Numbered from the stretch's first letter, positions 40,457 to 50,454 are shown. The stretch is DNA of 58,189 nt from a virus (IMGVR_UViG_3300037225_001359:1-58189); one strand, 5' to 3'. The notes: generated by a model not told the origin, from the letters alone. Translations and numbers: made by a program.

Positions 40457-41749
40457 TTAAGCAGTTCTTGGATAAACTTCTGTTTTTCTGTCGAATTGTT
40501 TGTATGGATTTGATGGCAGCATAACTGCAGAGTCCGAGGGCATAAGCATTTGTATACCAAATTGATTATTTTTTGCATTAACCATTCTTATATCGAATTG
40601 TTCTTTTTCGTAAAGCGCTTCTTTTAAATCACTTTGTGTTTGTTTAAAACTTTCGTTTCCATAATATGGATTGATTCTTCTTAGTTCACTGATAAGAGGA
40701 ACATGTAATTCCCAGTCAGTATCTACATTGAAATCTATGCCGCCTGTATAATTATATTCCGAGGGCAAATCCATTTCTTCTTCTTCGGCTTCGCTTAAAG
40801 TGAAATCGTGAATTAGAATCCCTTCATTGACTAATTTATCTTGCCATTCTGCCCAAAACATAGATACTGCGTAGTCAGATAGTCTTTCTTGTTGATCAGA
40901 GTCCAAGCTAACAGCAATCAGAGAAATTGTCATGTTCCATCTTCCACCAAACACTTTCGCTGTCGGTTTTTCTTCTTTTTCGACGAAAACAACTTGTTCG
41001 TCATTAACTTTAATTCCATCTCCGAAAGCGATAATTACACCAGGTACTGCGTCATTATTTAATGAATAGGGTTCAATCACAAAAGGTCCTAATTCAGCAC
41101 CAATAACTTGATAATCACAACTTACATTTCCATAATCGTTTGTGTCATCATTAAAAATTATTCTTCCTGAATCATAATCAATAACATAATTGATATTTCT
41201 TTTCAGTTCATCTCCGCCATCAATATGTATTACTTCAGAATCGGGATTTACTGGAAGTTGCTTCAAAACAACAGTTTTCTTTCCACTGACATGATCTTCT
41301 AATGTTAAGGGCTCATCATTTACAACTAAAAAAGGATCAACTACAAAATTATATTGTTCTTTCTCATCAGTCGAAATATCAGCAGTTATTTTTACAACGT
41401 AAAATCCCGGAGCTGATAATTTATCCATGTTATTATGATCATCTCTTACCCATTCGATCGATTTCCCATTTATTCCTTTCAAATTTGCCAATCCGCTAAA
41501 AGCATAATTTGTCCTGATAAAATTATCAAGACTTAATTTTAACGAATTACCCGAAGCACTTCGAATTAGCAAAGCATATTTAGGTCTTTCTTCTTCAGGA
41601 AATTTAGTAATCACTGAAACTTTGTTCCAAATCGGATGATCACGAAAAATGTCCTGAAAGACAAACACAAATCGTTTTTTTAGTGCGTTGCTAATGGCGA
41701 AGTAGATAATTAGCTCCTTTTTTATTCCTCGTTTTTCAACATAAACCAT
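40457..41749 (-). CDS. Tail completion / terminator-like structural protein
   Basis: KFPEEERP.Y...I, GGRW.M.ISL...S.D..QQE...D, Y..G..F.V.TDWE pattern of tail-terminator folds, plus one inserted L....Y.IDY..G.I.F domain. Start uncertain. Confidence 0.5.
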   Translation of the reverse strand: MVYVEKRGIKKELIIYFAISNALKKRFVFVFQDIFRDHPIWNKVSVITKFPEEERPKYALLIRSASGNSLKLSLDNFIRTNYAFSGLANLKGINGKSIEWVRDDHNNMDKLSAPGFYVVKITADISTDEKEQYNFVVDPFLVVNDEPLTLEDHVSGKKTVVLKQLPVNPDSEVIHIDGGDELKRNINYVIDYDSGRIIFNDDTNDYGNVSCDYQVIGAELGPFVIEPYSLNNDAVPGVIIAFGDGIKVNDEQVVFVEKEEKPTAKVFGGRWNMTISLIAVSLDSDQQERLSDYAVSMFWAEWQDKLVNEGILIHDFTLSEAEEEEMDLPSEYNYTGGIDFNVDTDWELHVPLISELRRINPYYGNESFKQTQSDLKEALYEKEQFDIRMVNAKNNQFGIQMLMPSDSAVMLPSNPYKQFDRKTEVYPRTA

Positions 41750-42039
41750 TCATCAAAATCGGGTATTTCAATCGTTTTATTTGCCATGTCGTGTGAACAA
41801 TCAGATAAGTACTGAATTTGCCCATCTTTGATGAGACTATGACATCTTGGTGTATCCTTAAATACGCCAGGAGTTCCTGGGTGAGCATGAATAAGAATCG
41901 ATCCCGTCACAGTCGGCTTTTCTCGGTCTTGATTCCAACCCCATAGCGGCTCGATAAAGAAATGACAATTTCCACACGCTTGGCAGATAAACATGTGCTT
42001 GATAATGTCACCTTCTTTAACGTCATGGATTTTGCTCAT
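41722..42039 (-). CDS. DUF6527-like Cys/His zinc-binding protein
   Basis: F.C..CG..H....W.WN.D.EKPT...SIL...RCHS.I.DG.I.YL.DC.H..A..T..IPD. Confidence 0.7.
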   Translation of the reverse strand: MSKIHDVKEGDIIKHMFICQACGNCHFFIEPLWGWNQDREKPTVTGSILIHAHPGTPGVFKDTPRCHSLIKDGQIQYLSDCSHDMANKTIEIPDFDEWFMLKNEE

Positions 42040-42114
42040 AGTGTTCTCTCGATGGTCTAGAATTCATCGTAAATGTTACCTTAATAGATAACCATTAACT
42101 CAAATTGATGAGCT

Positions 42115-42501
42115 TTAAAATGCGTTAGTATCTGGTAAGAATCGATTAATATTAAATAGACCAATTTTTTTACCATCTACATCACTAATTATTACAAGTC
42201 CTGGTTCTATTGTGGGCCCTACCAAATACTTATAACCTTTAAAAATTCCCTGCGCGGGATTACAACATGTGCAAAAATCTCCCTCATTGAGCAAAGATGC
42301 TTTCTTTTCTGCACTTGTCACAGTATTTGGCCCATGGATTCCGATAACATTTTCTGGCATATGATCCCACAGCTCGCTTTTTTCTTCTAAATCTTCCGCT
42401 TCGTCGCTTGCATCCAAAATTTCTTCTGCAAGCATCGGATCATCGTTTTCAATTTCTTTCGCAACTTTTCGAAGATTGTTTTTTACATCTGTCATTTCCA
42501 T
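42115..42501 (-). CDS. Hypothetical protein
   Basis: GGAGG RBS. Acidic N-terminal helix. Confidence 0.6.
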   Translation of the reverse strand: MEMTDVKNNLRKVAKEIENDDPMLAEEILDASDEAEDLEEKSELWDHMPENVIGIHGPNTVTSAEKKASLLNEGDFCTCCNPAQGIFKGYKYLVGPTIEPGLVIISDVDGKKIGLFNINRFLPDTNAF

Positions 42502-42514
42502 AGCGATTCCTCCC

Positions 42515-43579
42515 CTATAGATTATAATTTAATGAATTCAAAAGACAACCTTTTGCAACAGACGTCAATTGGTCTTTTGCAATCTTCACTTGTTTAATTT
42601 TAAATGGTAATGTTTTTAATCTAAGTTCTTTTTCAAAAAGTTTTTCAAAATTACCGGCTTTCGATGTTCCACCACTAACAACAACTGTTATTGGCTCTGG
42701 AAAATTAGGAATATTTTCTGCATGATTTAATTTCTTTTCAAGCGCATTACAAACATAATTGATTAAATGTTCATAATAAATTTTAATTGCTGTTTCTTCT
42801 CTATTTTTAGGATTTAACAAATCGATTCCTGCTTCTTTTATTGCAGTTATTCTCGATGTATTCAATCCAACAGCGGCTCCTGCGCCAGCATCGATCCAAT
42901 CACCAGCTCTAGATAATGAAAATTGATGCTTTTCATTTGAAATTCCCAAGAAAGAAAGTGCACAATTCACCATTCCCGCGCCGAATGACAAAGACAAGCC
43001 CATATAGCCTTCATCTTCTAATTCAGCCAAAGTAATTGCAAAAGCTTCATTCAAAGGAATTGCTTTAAATCCGAAAGAAGAAATAAATGACTTTAAAATA
43101 TTTGTATGATAAATTACATTCTGGTCTGGTGCATCAATCGAAACACCAGGTACTGAAAAATGACATACTTCATCGTCTTGAATCGGATCACCAATCAATG
43201 CATGAAGTATGACCTTAATCATTGAAAGAGCTTCTTTTTCATGAGTTGAGATAACACCTTTTGCCAATGGACGACGTATGTTTTGATTGAAAAAATTTGC
43301 TAAATTAAATGCCTCTTCGCCGATAATATATAATCTTTTTTTATCTTCACTTTCTATATAATTTGCATTTAATTTTGCTAGCATATTTTTCGACATCTGG
43401 TCATTATCAACATCGAAAAACGCATCTCTTTGGACTTTGAAACTTGCTATTTTATTTTTTGAAATAGCAGAAACACATGTCATCGTTCCTACATCAACTC
43501 CGAGTCCCAAATCTCTTGCTATGCTAATATTTGTTTGCACTTTTTTCTCTTCTTTTTTTTCTTCTAAATTAATGTCCAT
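42515..43579 (-). CDS. Actin-fold ATPase (MreB/MamK/ParM/FtsA superfamily)
   Basis: Phosphate-1 GVDVGT, RRPL..GVI, FSVP, connect-1 LNEA.A, phosphate-2 SFGAGMVN, AGD.ID, adenosine VVSGGTS, connect-2 VAKG.L. Start moved to MDINL. Confidence 0.85.
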   Translation of the reverse strand: MDINLEEKKEEKKVQTNISIARDLGLGVDVGTMTCVSAISKNKIASFKVQRDAFFDVDNDQMSKNMLAKLNANYIESEDKKRLYIIGEEAFNLANFFNQNIRRPLAKGVISTHEKEALSMIKVILHALIGDPIQDDEVCHFSVPGVSIDAPDQNVIYHTNILKSFISSFGFKAIPLNEAFAITLAELEDEGYMGLSLSFGAGMVNCALSFLGISNEKHQFSLSRAGDWIDAGAGAAVGLNTSRITAIKEAGIDLLNPKNREETAIKIYYEHLINYVCNALEKKLNHAENIPNFPEPITVVVSGGTSKAGNFEKLFEKELRLKTLPFKIKQVKIAKDQLTSVAKGCLLNSLNYNL

Positions 43580-43589
43580 AAATCCATCC

Positions 43590-44045
43590 TTATTTTGTAA
43601 ACGTGAACGGCAACCCATTGACTTTCGTCACATTGCGGACATCTAAATGATTCCATGTTACACCAAGTTCCAGCCCTGAAATAAATTGAAACTCTGGCTG
43701 ATTTGGCTTTGTCAAAATATCATTAATCACAGTTGAAGCCGGAATTTGTCCAAAATTGACATCCAGAGCAATCAAAAATTTGTGAGGATCCAGAGGACCA
43801 GTTTGTGTATATGTTGACGGTCGAGCTCCTCGATATGAAAATTGTCCGCCCTGTTTCCAATTATTTATCAAAGCCGATACACCATATAATTCTCTCATGA
43901 CATCCACAGTCCATAAAATATATTTATTCCACATCCACCAACAAAGTTCTTCGCCATTTGCTTTAAGCAGTTCGGGACACATGATTTCTTCAATTTTAAA
44001 ATATTTACATCGGTATGTTTGTCCAGCTACAGGAATCGGGATCAT
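43590..44045 (-). CDS. Peptidase M15-family Zn peptidase, putative endolysin
   Basis: YFKIEE..CP, D.MRE..G....INNW, RG.R, H......D, W.HLDVR motifs. Confidence 0.75.
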   Translation of the reverse strand: MIPIPVAGQTYRCKYFKIEEIMCPELLKANGEELCWWMWNKYILWTVDVMRELYGVSALINNWKQGGQFSYRGARPSTYTQTGPLDPHKFLIALDVNFGQIPASTVINDILTKPNQPEFQFISGLELGVTWNHLDVRNVTKVNGLPFTFTK

Positions 44046-44725
44046 GCTTGTCCTCCTTGTTTTCTGCGAAACATTTTCATCTTCTCTAACGATCCACTGA
44101 TATCATCTTTCGCGCTTTGAATCTTTCCGACATCCTTAATATTAGTACTAATTTTTGATTCTTCTGGAGAAACATCAATGAAAATATCTTGTGCATCATC
44201 ATGTGAATCGACTTGCTGTTGTTCTTTTTGTTTGATGAATTGACCTTTTTCTAAAATTTGAGCAACCATTTCACTTGCAAGTTGACTAGCAATTTGACGA
44301 ATAACATCATCATTTTTAATCATGTTCTTTGACATCTCGATTGCCATGGTTCTTGCCATTTCTTGTGCCATGGCTAAAATTTCTTCTTTTGACATAATTT
44401 CTGAATTTTTGTTAATTTGTGCTGTGACTTTTTCTTTAAATGTTGCAATCGATTTTATAGGAAATGTTCCCTTAATCACTTCTAACCAACCATTTTGTAT
44501 CGCATTTCTCAAATCATCAGATTTTTTAATTTCGAAATCATTAAAAGTTTGAATCTCACCCCTATTGACTCTACGACAAATGTCATTTAGTTCAACATCT
44601 CCTATCACTTTGCATCTTACAACCATTCCAAATCCCGCTTTTTCTTTTAAAATCTGTTTTGAAGCATTGGCCCAGATCCTTTTAAAAACATCAACATGCT
44701 CATAATTTAAGATAGGCATAGTCAA
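44042..44725 (-). CDS. Hypothetical helical protein, possible partner of the actin-like ATPase
   Basis: Central helical repeat and basic amphipathic C-terminus (DISGSLEKMKMFRRK). Translationally coupled to neighbours. Confidence 0.55.
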   Translation of the reverse strand: MTMPILNYEHVDVFKRIWANASKQILKEKAGFGMVVRCKVIGDVELNDICRRVNRGEIQTFNDFEIKKSDDLRNAIQNGWLEVIKGTFPIKSIATFKEKVTAQINKNSEIMSKEEILAMAQEMARTMAIEMSKNMIKNDDVIRQIASQLASEMVAQILEKGQFIKQKEQQQVDSHDDAQDIFIDVSPEESKISTNIKDVGKIQSAKDDISGSLEKMKMFRRKQGGQA

Positions 44726-45135
44726 GCAACAGTTTCAGTTTTTGTGTCTTTTGCAATTGTAGAAACATCCTGAACATAAGCAGAAGACACAATTGGAGTG
44801 GGTACTATTGCAGCAACTGAATTCATTGCTTGTGCAAGCGTAGTTCTAGCTTCTATTAATGTATTCAGAATAGCTGCTGCATTTTTGATTTCGTCAATTA
44901 CTTGCTCATGAACTTTGGGAACTACTGTTACGACATTCTGACCATTTGTTTGACTAACTGTGCCCTTTGTATAAATATTATGAATCAATCCAAATAATGT
45001 ATACAAGCTTGATGCTCCCAGCATGATGTTAGAAACGATTGTTGAAGCCTGGTCGCTTCCGACTCCATAATGCTGTAAAATCAAAATCGCGATTGTTGTA
45101 AGTGCACCGATGTTGAAATGTAAATTTTGTGACAT
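44722..45135 (-). CDS. Holin-like membrane protein
   Basis: Two N-terminal hydrophobic segments. Two genes upstream of the M15 peptidase. Confidence 0.5.
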   Translation of the reverse strand: MSQNLHFNIGALTTIAILILQHYGVGSDQASTIVSNIMLGASSLYTLFGLIHNIYTKGTVSQTNGQNVVTVVPKVHEQVIDEIKNAAAILNTLIEARTTLAQAMNSVAAIVPTPIVSSAYVQDVSTIAKDTKTETVA

Positions 45136-45148
45136 GATTGAATCTCCT

Positions 45149-45631
45149 TTAAAAAATTTTAAATCTCATCTTTGCAATCTCATCACCCAAATCTTTTCTA
45201 GTTCTTTTGACACTTTCTGACATGAAACCGCGGCCTTTTTTAAAACCCGGATGAGTCCATTTTTTTTCTTTCATCGATTTTGGAGATGCCCATCTAAAAA
45301 TGCCGTTTGCTGCATCGATCGGAATTGGCTTTTTCGACTTCAACAAATATTTCATTTGATGTCTTCTGACACCGTCTTCTAGATATTTCGCATAATTTGT
45401 ACGAACCTCAAATTTTACACCTCTCGGAGATAACCGATAACCGACATTTTTCAACATGTTGCCCGTATTAATCAAATCTCGTTTTCTTATCTCTGATCTA
45501 ATGTTGTTAATACCCTTCGCACCAATCCGCCTCAGCATATTTTGCAAATCTTTTTTATAATTAGCTTGCAACCTTGATGGCGGCAGTCTTTTTCTCTTCT
45601 TTTTTATTTTTACTCTAAAAGATAGTGCCAT
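45149..45631 (-). CDS. HK97 gp10-like / virion morphogenesis (neck) protein
   Basis: Basic protein with TG.M...V, TNYAKYLEDG, HPG.K....FM...V motifs. Start moved to MALSF. Confidence 0.7.
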   Translation of the reverse strand: MALSFRVKIKKKRKRLPPSRLQANYKKDLQNMLRRIGAKGINNIRSEIRKRDLINTGNMLKNVGYRLSPRGVKFEVRTNYAKYLEDGVRRHQMKYLLKSKKPIPIDAANGIFRWASPKSMKEKKWTHPGFKKGRGFMSESVKRTRKDLGDEIAKMRFKIF

Positions 45632-45632
45632 T

Positions 45633-45851
45633 TTAGTGATGAACCATTGGCATACAAATCGGATGAGCATCCAATTCTATGCCCAATAAGTCAAACCAAC
45701 AATCATCACACACGAAACCTTTGTCTGACTTTCTTCTACCGGTTATAGTAGTTTGCAGCGGTACTTTACATATCTTGCACTTTTCTGTACCTTGCAGAAG
45801 AAAATTAGGATCTTTCATTCTTTTCTGAAATTCAATTAATGTGTATGCCAT
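45633..45851 (-). CDS. Small CxxC...CxxC zinc-finger protein
   Basis: CKIC...CDDC. First gene after late motif copy 7. Confidence 0.6.
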   Translation of the reverse strand: MAYTLIEFQKRMKDPNFLLQGTEKCKICKVPLQTTITGRRKSDKGFVCDDCWFDLLGIELDAHPICMPMVHH

Positions 45852-45878
45852 AATTTTATTCCTTGACTAGCAAATTAT

Positions 45879-45894
45879 ATAAAAACTTTAGAAA
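45879..45894 (-). promoter_or_regulatory. Putative late promoter motif, copy 7 (TTTCTAAAGTTTTTAT)
   Basis: Consensus copy abutting the TAA of the glycosyltransferase gene. Confidence 0.7.
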
Positions 45895-48891
45895 TTACTT
45901 TGTGCTGCCAGTCAAATTCATGACTCTGACAACTTCTTTCAAATTTCTTTGTGCAGCCTCAAAATTTGGATTTAAAGCGATGGCTTGTCTGAGGAATAAC
46001 AATGCTTGCTGAAATTTTCGAGTTCTAGCAAATTCTATAGCTTTTTCATTATATGCAATATCTAAAAGACCCCACGGTTGAACGATGCTTCTATATTTTT
46101 TCATCAAAGGTTCAACGATCAGTATCGTTTCATCAAACTTTCTTAATACATTACAGCAATAAGCATAATCACCGAAAGCTTTCAAATCTTTTGTGACATG
46201 AATTATCTTACGAAAGCAATCATAAGACTTTTGATAATCGTTTAATTTTGCATATGTAATTCCCAAATGTCGATATGCATATTCAGTCTCTTTAATTTGT
46301 AATGATTTTTTGAAATATTTTTCAGCACTTGCATAATTTTCCAATAAATTATACGTTGTTCCTATTTTCGACAAAAAATCGACATTGCCCGGTTCAATTT
46401 CTAATGCTTTTCTCCATAAAACTAGAGCTTCATCGTAATCATTCAAAGCCATATATTGAGTGGCCAGTTCAAAAATTGCCTTTACATCATCTTTTTTATT
46501 TTTCAGTTTTTCAATTCCCAGCCTTAAATATAAATTGTCTTTATTTTGTCTATTTTTTAAATACCCAAAATGTAATATCTGAATTTGTGCATTTTTGACA
46601 GGTACATTTATTGACTCTTCAACAAGTTCATGAACTTTGCCAACAAATTGTATTTGTTTATTCGTTTGAAATAATCTAATTTTGACAGACCAACACCAAC
46701 CGACAAAATCTTTGTCTTCTTTGTATCTTCCGTCGCATGCTCTGACACCTTCAATATTTCTGTCAGTCACATAATTTCTAGTTTCGAAATTATATGCAAA
46801 ATTGTCTCCTTGTAGCATTTCTCTCAGTTTTAGCAAATCTTTCGAAGCAATTCTTTCATCGGCATCAAGAATTAATGTCCACTTTTGAGTTGCTTTTGAA
46901 AGAGCAAAATTTCTAGCTGCTGAAAAATCATCATTCCATTCAAAATGGTATAATTTTACACCGAACCGCTTGGCTATCTGTATTGTCTCATCCGTCGATC
47001 CAGTATCTACAATGATAATTTCATTTGCAATTGTTTTAATACTTTCAAGACATTGTTGTAAATATTCTTGCTCATTTTTGACAATCATACAAACAGATAA
47101 ACTCTCTGTTTCTTTCTTCAGAGACTCAAAATATAAATCGTAGAAAAGTTTTTCAAGCTTGTCGATCTGATTATACCAAACATATTGTTTCGACGTTTTT
47201 ATGCCCTGATCTGCTAGTCTGTCATATAATTTTTCATCTTTTAATAGTAAATCTAGCTTTTCTCTGATTGCTTGAGAATTTTCTGCATGAACAACCAAAG
47301 CATTGAATCCATCAACTGCATAATCCATGACACCGCCACAATCAGAAGTAATAACGGGTGTACCACTTGCCATTGATTCCAATGGCGGTAAGCTAAAACC
47401 TTCAACTTTTTTCGAAGCATTTATCGTAATATCGCAAGACCCATAAACTTTTGCGATCTCATCTTGTGTCATCTGCGTCATTAAATGAAATTCACAATCA
47501 AGATTAGTTTCCGATCGAACAGATCCTGATAATCTTACTAATTCAATTTTTTTAGATTCTACTAAATCACGAATTGCTGCTAAAGCAAAACGAATTCCCT
47601 TAATTTCTAATCCGTCGTTTCCTGTTACTAAAACACGAACTTTTTCATTTCTTTTATGTTTTTCAAAAGAAAACACGTTTTGGTCAAGTCCATTGCTAAT
47701 ATAATGACAATTAATTCCATACTCTTCATCAATAATTTTCTTTAACCAATTCGATACAACAATTTTTTCTTTTGTAATTCTATAATTATTTTTGATTGTA
47801 CTCAACATACTTATATCTGAGTATAACTGAGCTTCATAACCCTGACATAAATGAAGTTTCACTTTTGCATTAACGAGCTGCAAAAATGGCAAAGTCGAAA
47901 AATATGTTCCTATCAAAATATCACAATCAGGAATATTTGTCAAGCTATAAATAATTGGTACTTTGACAGGAAACCATGGTTTTGATTCTTTAACGCCACA
48001 ATGAATTTTGACATCATGACCTCTTGCTCTCAGTCTATTGGCCTGTTCAAAAATTACTTTTACACCACCAGATGGACCGTCTGATGCCATTAAATAAATA
48101 ATTTTTAGAGGGTTTTTTATTTCATTGGCTTTATCAATTCGCTTTGATTTATACCACTTCAGTTCATGGATTTTTTGATTCTTTTCTAAAAGTTCAGTCG
48201 GTGTCGGATCATCATATTCTTCCTTAAATGATTTCCCGCCATAATGATAAATAAAAACGCCCTTTGCACAGCACATTTTATAACCACGTTCAATAGCTCT
48301 TAAACATAAGTCATCATCTTCAAAATTGCCGATTCCATATCTTTCGTCGAAATTGCCTATTTTGTCTAAATATTCACGTTTTGTCAAGATACAAAAACCG
48401 ACTAGTCGCCTTGTTTGAAGAACTTCAAATTTATTTTTGTCAAATTGTTGTTTTGAAAATTCCTGAATTTTAGAATCATCATCACTATCCAACGGTTGAA
48501 AATATTTGAATTTTACTTTTTGCTGATCTGATGAAATAACATTTGAAGTCGGTCCTACAAATGCAACTTTTTGCTCTTGTAAAACATGAATCATATTCGA
48601 TAGCCAATTTTCAGTGACTATCGTATCAGAATTTAAAAAACAAATATATTCTGCATTACTAATTTCTAGCGCTTGATTGTTTGCATGACCGAATCCGTAA
48701 TTTTTGTTATTGTAAATTACTTTTATTGTATCGCACTGTATCGATTTCAAATAATCTATAGAACTCTGATTTGATTTATTATCTACAATAATTATTTTTG
48801 CATCAGCACTATATAACTTAACAGAATTTATACACTTCTTTAAAAATTCTATCGCATTATAACTAACAATTATGATGTCAACTTTTTCCAT
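45895..48891 (-). CDS. Multidomain glycosyltransferase GT2-GT4-GT2-TPR
   Basis: IIIVSYN/VDNKS/FLNSD/EDDDLC (GT2). SGGVKVI/EGFSLPPLESMASGTPVI (GT4). SVCMIVKNE/VDTGSTD/DFSAARN/LDADE (GT2). C-terminal TPR helices. Confidence 0.9.
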   Translation of the reverse strand: MEKVDIIIVSYNAIEFLKKCINSVKLYSADAKIIIVDNKSNQSSIDYLKSIQCDTIKVIYNNKNYGFGHANNQALEISNAEYICFLNSDTIVTENWLSNMIHVLQEQKVAFVGPTSNVISSDQQKVKFKYFQPLDSDDDSKIQEFSKQQFDKNKFEVLQTRRLVGFCILTKREYLDKIGNFDERYGIGNFEDDDLCLRAIERGYKMCCAKGVFIYHYGGKSFKEEYDDPTPTELLEKNQKIHELKWYKSKRIDKANEIKNPLKIIYLMASDGPSGGVKVIFEQANRLRARGHDVKIHCGVKESKPWFPVKVPIIYSLTNIPDCDILIGTYFSTLPFLQLVNAKVKLHLCQGYEAQLYSDISMLSTIKNNYRITKEKIVVSNWLKKIIDEEYGINCHYISNGLDQNVFSFEKHKRNEKVRVLVTGNDGLEIKGIRFALAAIRDLVESKKIELVRLSGSVRSETNLDCEFHLMTQMTQDEIAKVYGSCDITINASKKVEGFSLPPLESMASGTPVITSDCGGVMDYAVDGFNALVVHAENSQAIREKLDLLLKDEKLYDRLADQGIKTSKQYVWYNQIDKLEKLFYDLYFESLKKETESLSVCMIVKNEQEYLQQCLESIKTIANEIIIVDTGSTDETIQIAKRFGVKLYHFEWNDDFSAARNFALSKATQKWTLILDADERIASKDLLKLREMLQGDNFAYNFETRNYVTDRNIEGVRACDGRYKEDKDFVGWCWSVKIRLFQTNKQIQFVGKVHELVEESINVPVKNAQIQILHFGYLKNRQNKDNLYLRLGIEKLKNKKDDVKAIFELATQYMALNDYDEALVLWRKALEIEPGNVDFLSKIGTTYNLLENYASAEKYFKKSLQIKETEYAYRHLGITYAKLNDYQKSYDCFRKIIHVTKDLKAFGDYAYCCNVLRKFDETILIVEPLMKKYRSIVQPWGLLDIAYNEKAIEFARTRKFQQALLFLRQAIALNPNFEAAQRNLKEVVRVMNLTGSTK

Positions 48892-49112
48892 GCAAGCTCC
48901 GTAAGTCTTTTCATAATAAATTCATAACCGTGTTCAGTATGAGGTAATGTACATCCAGAACAATCTTTTTTGCCATTTTTCAACATAACAAAATTTCCAC
49001 CACAGTCATAAGAATATAAACAACAAAAACAGAATTTGCAGTTCTGATGTGCGATTTGGTGGCAGGGAAAATATTTACAATCAACGTTAGAAAAGTGTTT
49101 GTATGAATTCAC
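48870..49112 (-). CDS. Cysteine-rich small domain protein (zf-like)
   Basis: F.N..C.YFPCH....NC.FCFC.LY...CGG.......KDCS.C..PH signature. Confidence 0.8.
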   Translation of the reverse strand: MNSYKHFSNVDCKYFPCHQIAHQNCKFCFCCLYSYDCGGNFVMLKNGKKDCSGCTLPHTEHGYEFIMKRLTELAWKKLTS

Positions 49113-49113
49113 A

Positions 49114-49935
49114 TTAGCTCCAGATAGTTCGCGGAAATTTCATTAATTGCATGCCCTCTTGATTCATCCAACTTTTCTTGAAAGTTTCAATATTGATTTC
49201 TGGTGTAAATCCCTCAGGATGATAATCTGGTGGATATATAATTCCTTCATGTGTTTCTTCATGCGTTAAAGCCGGAATATTACCATGTCGGATGCATTTT
49301 TTTTCAATCAAACTTGGAACAGCATATCCGAAATGACAAAATGATTCTTGAGGATCAAATTTTCTTGTACTATTGAAAATTTCTTTCGGACAAAGGTATC
49401 CATGGTCTCTGGCATATCCGCAAATATCTTGACCCTTAATTATTCTAAATAAAGCGGGACGTCGATGCTGAATAGCGACTTGTCCTTTTGTCCACCAATT
49501 CATCCAACCCGAATCAATTCTGAAATGATCGACTTTCCACCAATCTTTTTCTTCTAACGACCACATATGTGTAGCACCAGCATAAATGACATCGACTGAT
49601 TTCAACAAAATGTATTTAGATATATTTATCACAAATTGTCTCTCATATACATCATCAGCATCAATTTGAATGCACCATTCTCCCTGCAATTCATGAACTA
49701 ATTGTAATTCTAAATTACCAACACTGTGCTCATGGTAAGTTTTATTAGGAGCTTTTTCGATTCTGAGAGGTTTTTTTGCAGTTAAACAAAGATCTTGAAT
49801 GATTTGAACAGTTTTGTCTATAGACCAATCATCAACGACAACTAATGCATCAACATATTTTAAAATTTGAGATACTGTTTTTTCAATAAAAATTTCTTCG
49901 TCTTTAACCTTCATGGCACCGACTAGTTTAGGCAT
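49114..49935 (-). CDS. GT2-family glycosyltransferase
   Basis: VKDEE, VVVDDWS.D.T, W...IDADD (DxD), HFGY. Confidence 0.85.
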   Translation of the reverse strand: MPKLVGAMKVKDEEIFIEKTVSQILKYVDALVVVDDWSIDKTVQIIQDLCLTAKKPLRIEKAPNKTYHEHSVGNLELQLVHELQGEWCIQIDADDVYERQFVINISKYILLKSVDVIYAGATHMWSLEEKDWWKVDHFRIDSGWMNWWTKGQVAIQHRRPALFRIIKGQDICGYARDHGYLCPKEIFNSTRKFDPQESFCHFGYAVPSLIEKKCIRHGNIPALTHEETHEGIIYPPDYHPEGFTPEINIETFKKSWMNQEGMQLMKFPRTIWS

Positions 49936-49969
49936 GATAAATCTCCCTTAATTTAATTTAAATAAGCAA

Positions 49970-50119
49970 TTACTTTAACTTTTTCAGTTTCAATTTTTCA
50001 GAACATTTCGGACAAATAGTAGAAGTTCTAGATGGATTTCCTTCAGGCTGATCTATCATTTTCCCATCTTTCATAAACCTTCTACATTTTAAACACTGAG
50101 CTAAAACATCTTCTCTCAT
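49970..50119 (-). CDS. Small zinc-ribbon protein (49 aa), not in ORF track
   Basis: Manual translation MREDVLAQCLKCRRFMKDGKMIDQPEGNPSRTSTICPKCSEKLKLKKLK. TGATG overlap with upstream stop. Confidence 0.6.
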   Translation of the reverse strand: MREDVLAQCLKCRRFMKDGKMIDQPEGNPSRTSTICPKCSEKLKLKKLK

Positions 50120-50454
50120 CAGATTATCCCACCTTGCAAATATTTATTATTATTCGATTGCATATCGGGTGAAGAAATATCAGTCATTGGATGTTTATCT
50201 AAAATTGCTCCCTTTACTGCGTATTGATCCAGTAAATCGTTTGCATATTGATTTCCTGCATGAACTGCTCTTAGATTATTATATCTAACTAGCGCAGTAT
50301 TTACCGGACTTTTCCTAGCATCAAGTGGAACTATTCTGTCAGTTTTTTCTTTTAAAAACACTGCATCAACAGGATCTATTATATTATCAGTGATCGGAAT
50401 TTGTGCCCGATCACGATAGATTCGTCCGCAGGGTGCAATAACTACATTTCTCAT
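50119..50454 (-). CDS. Hypothetical protein
   Basis: GAGGG RBS. Operon-embedded. Confidence 0.6.
   Translation of the reverse strand: MRNVVIAPCGRIYRDRAQIPITDNIIDPVDAVFLKEKTDRIVPLDARKSPVNTALVRYNNLRAVHAGNQYANDLLDQYAVKGAILDKHPMTDISSPDMQSNNNKYLQGGII

Noticed and set aside
615-41749. Extracellular contractile injection system or tailocin instead of a phage
   Set aside because: Neck/head-closure-like and HK97 gp10-like genes, an S74 fibre, a dedicated repeated promoter and phage-type small genes are present. No Afp15-like AAA ATPase or flanking host genes were seen. Head genes probably lie outside the window.
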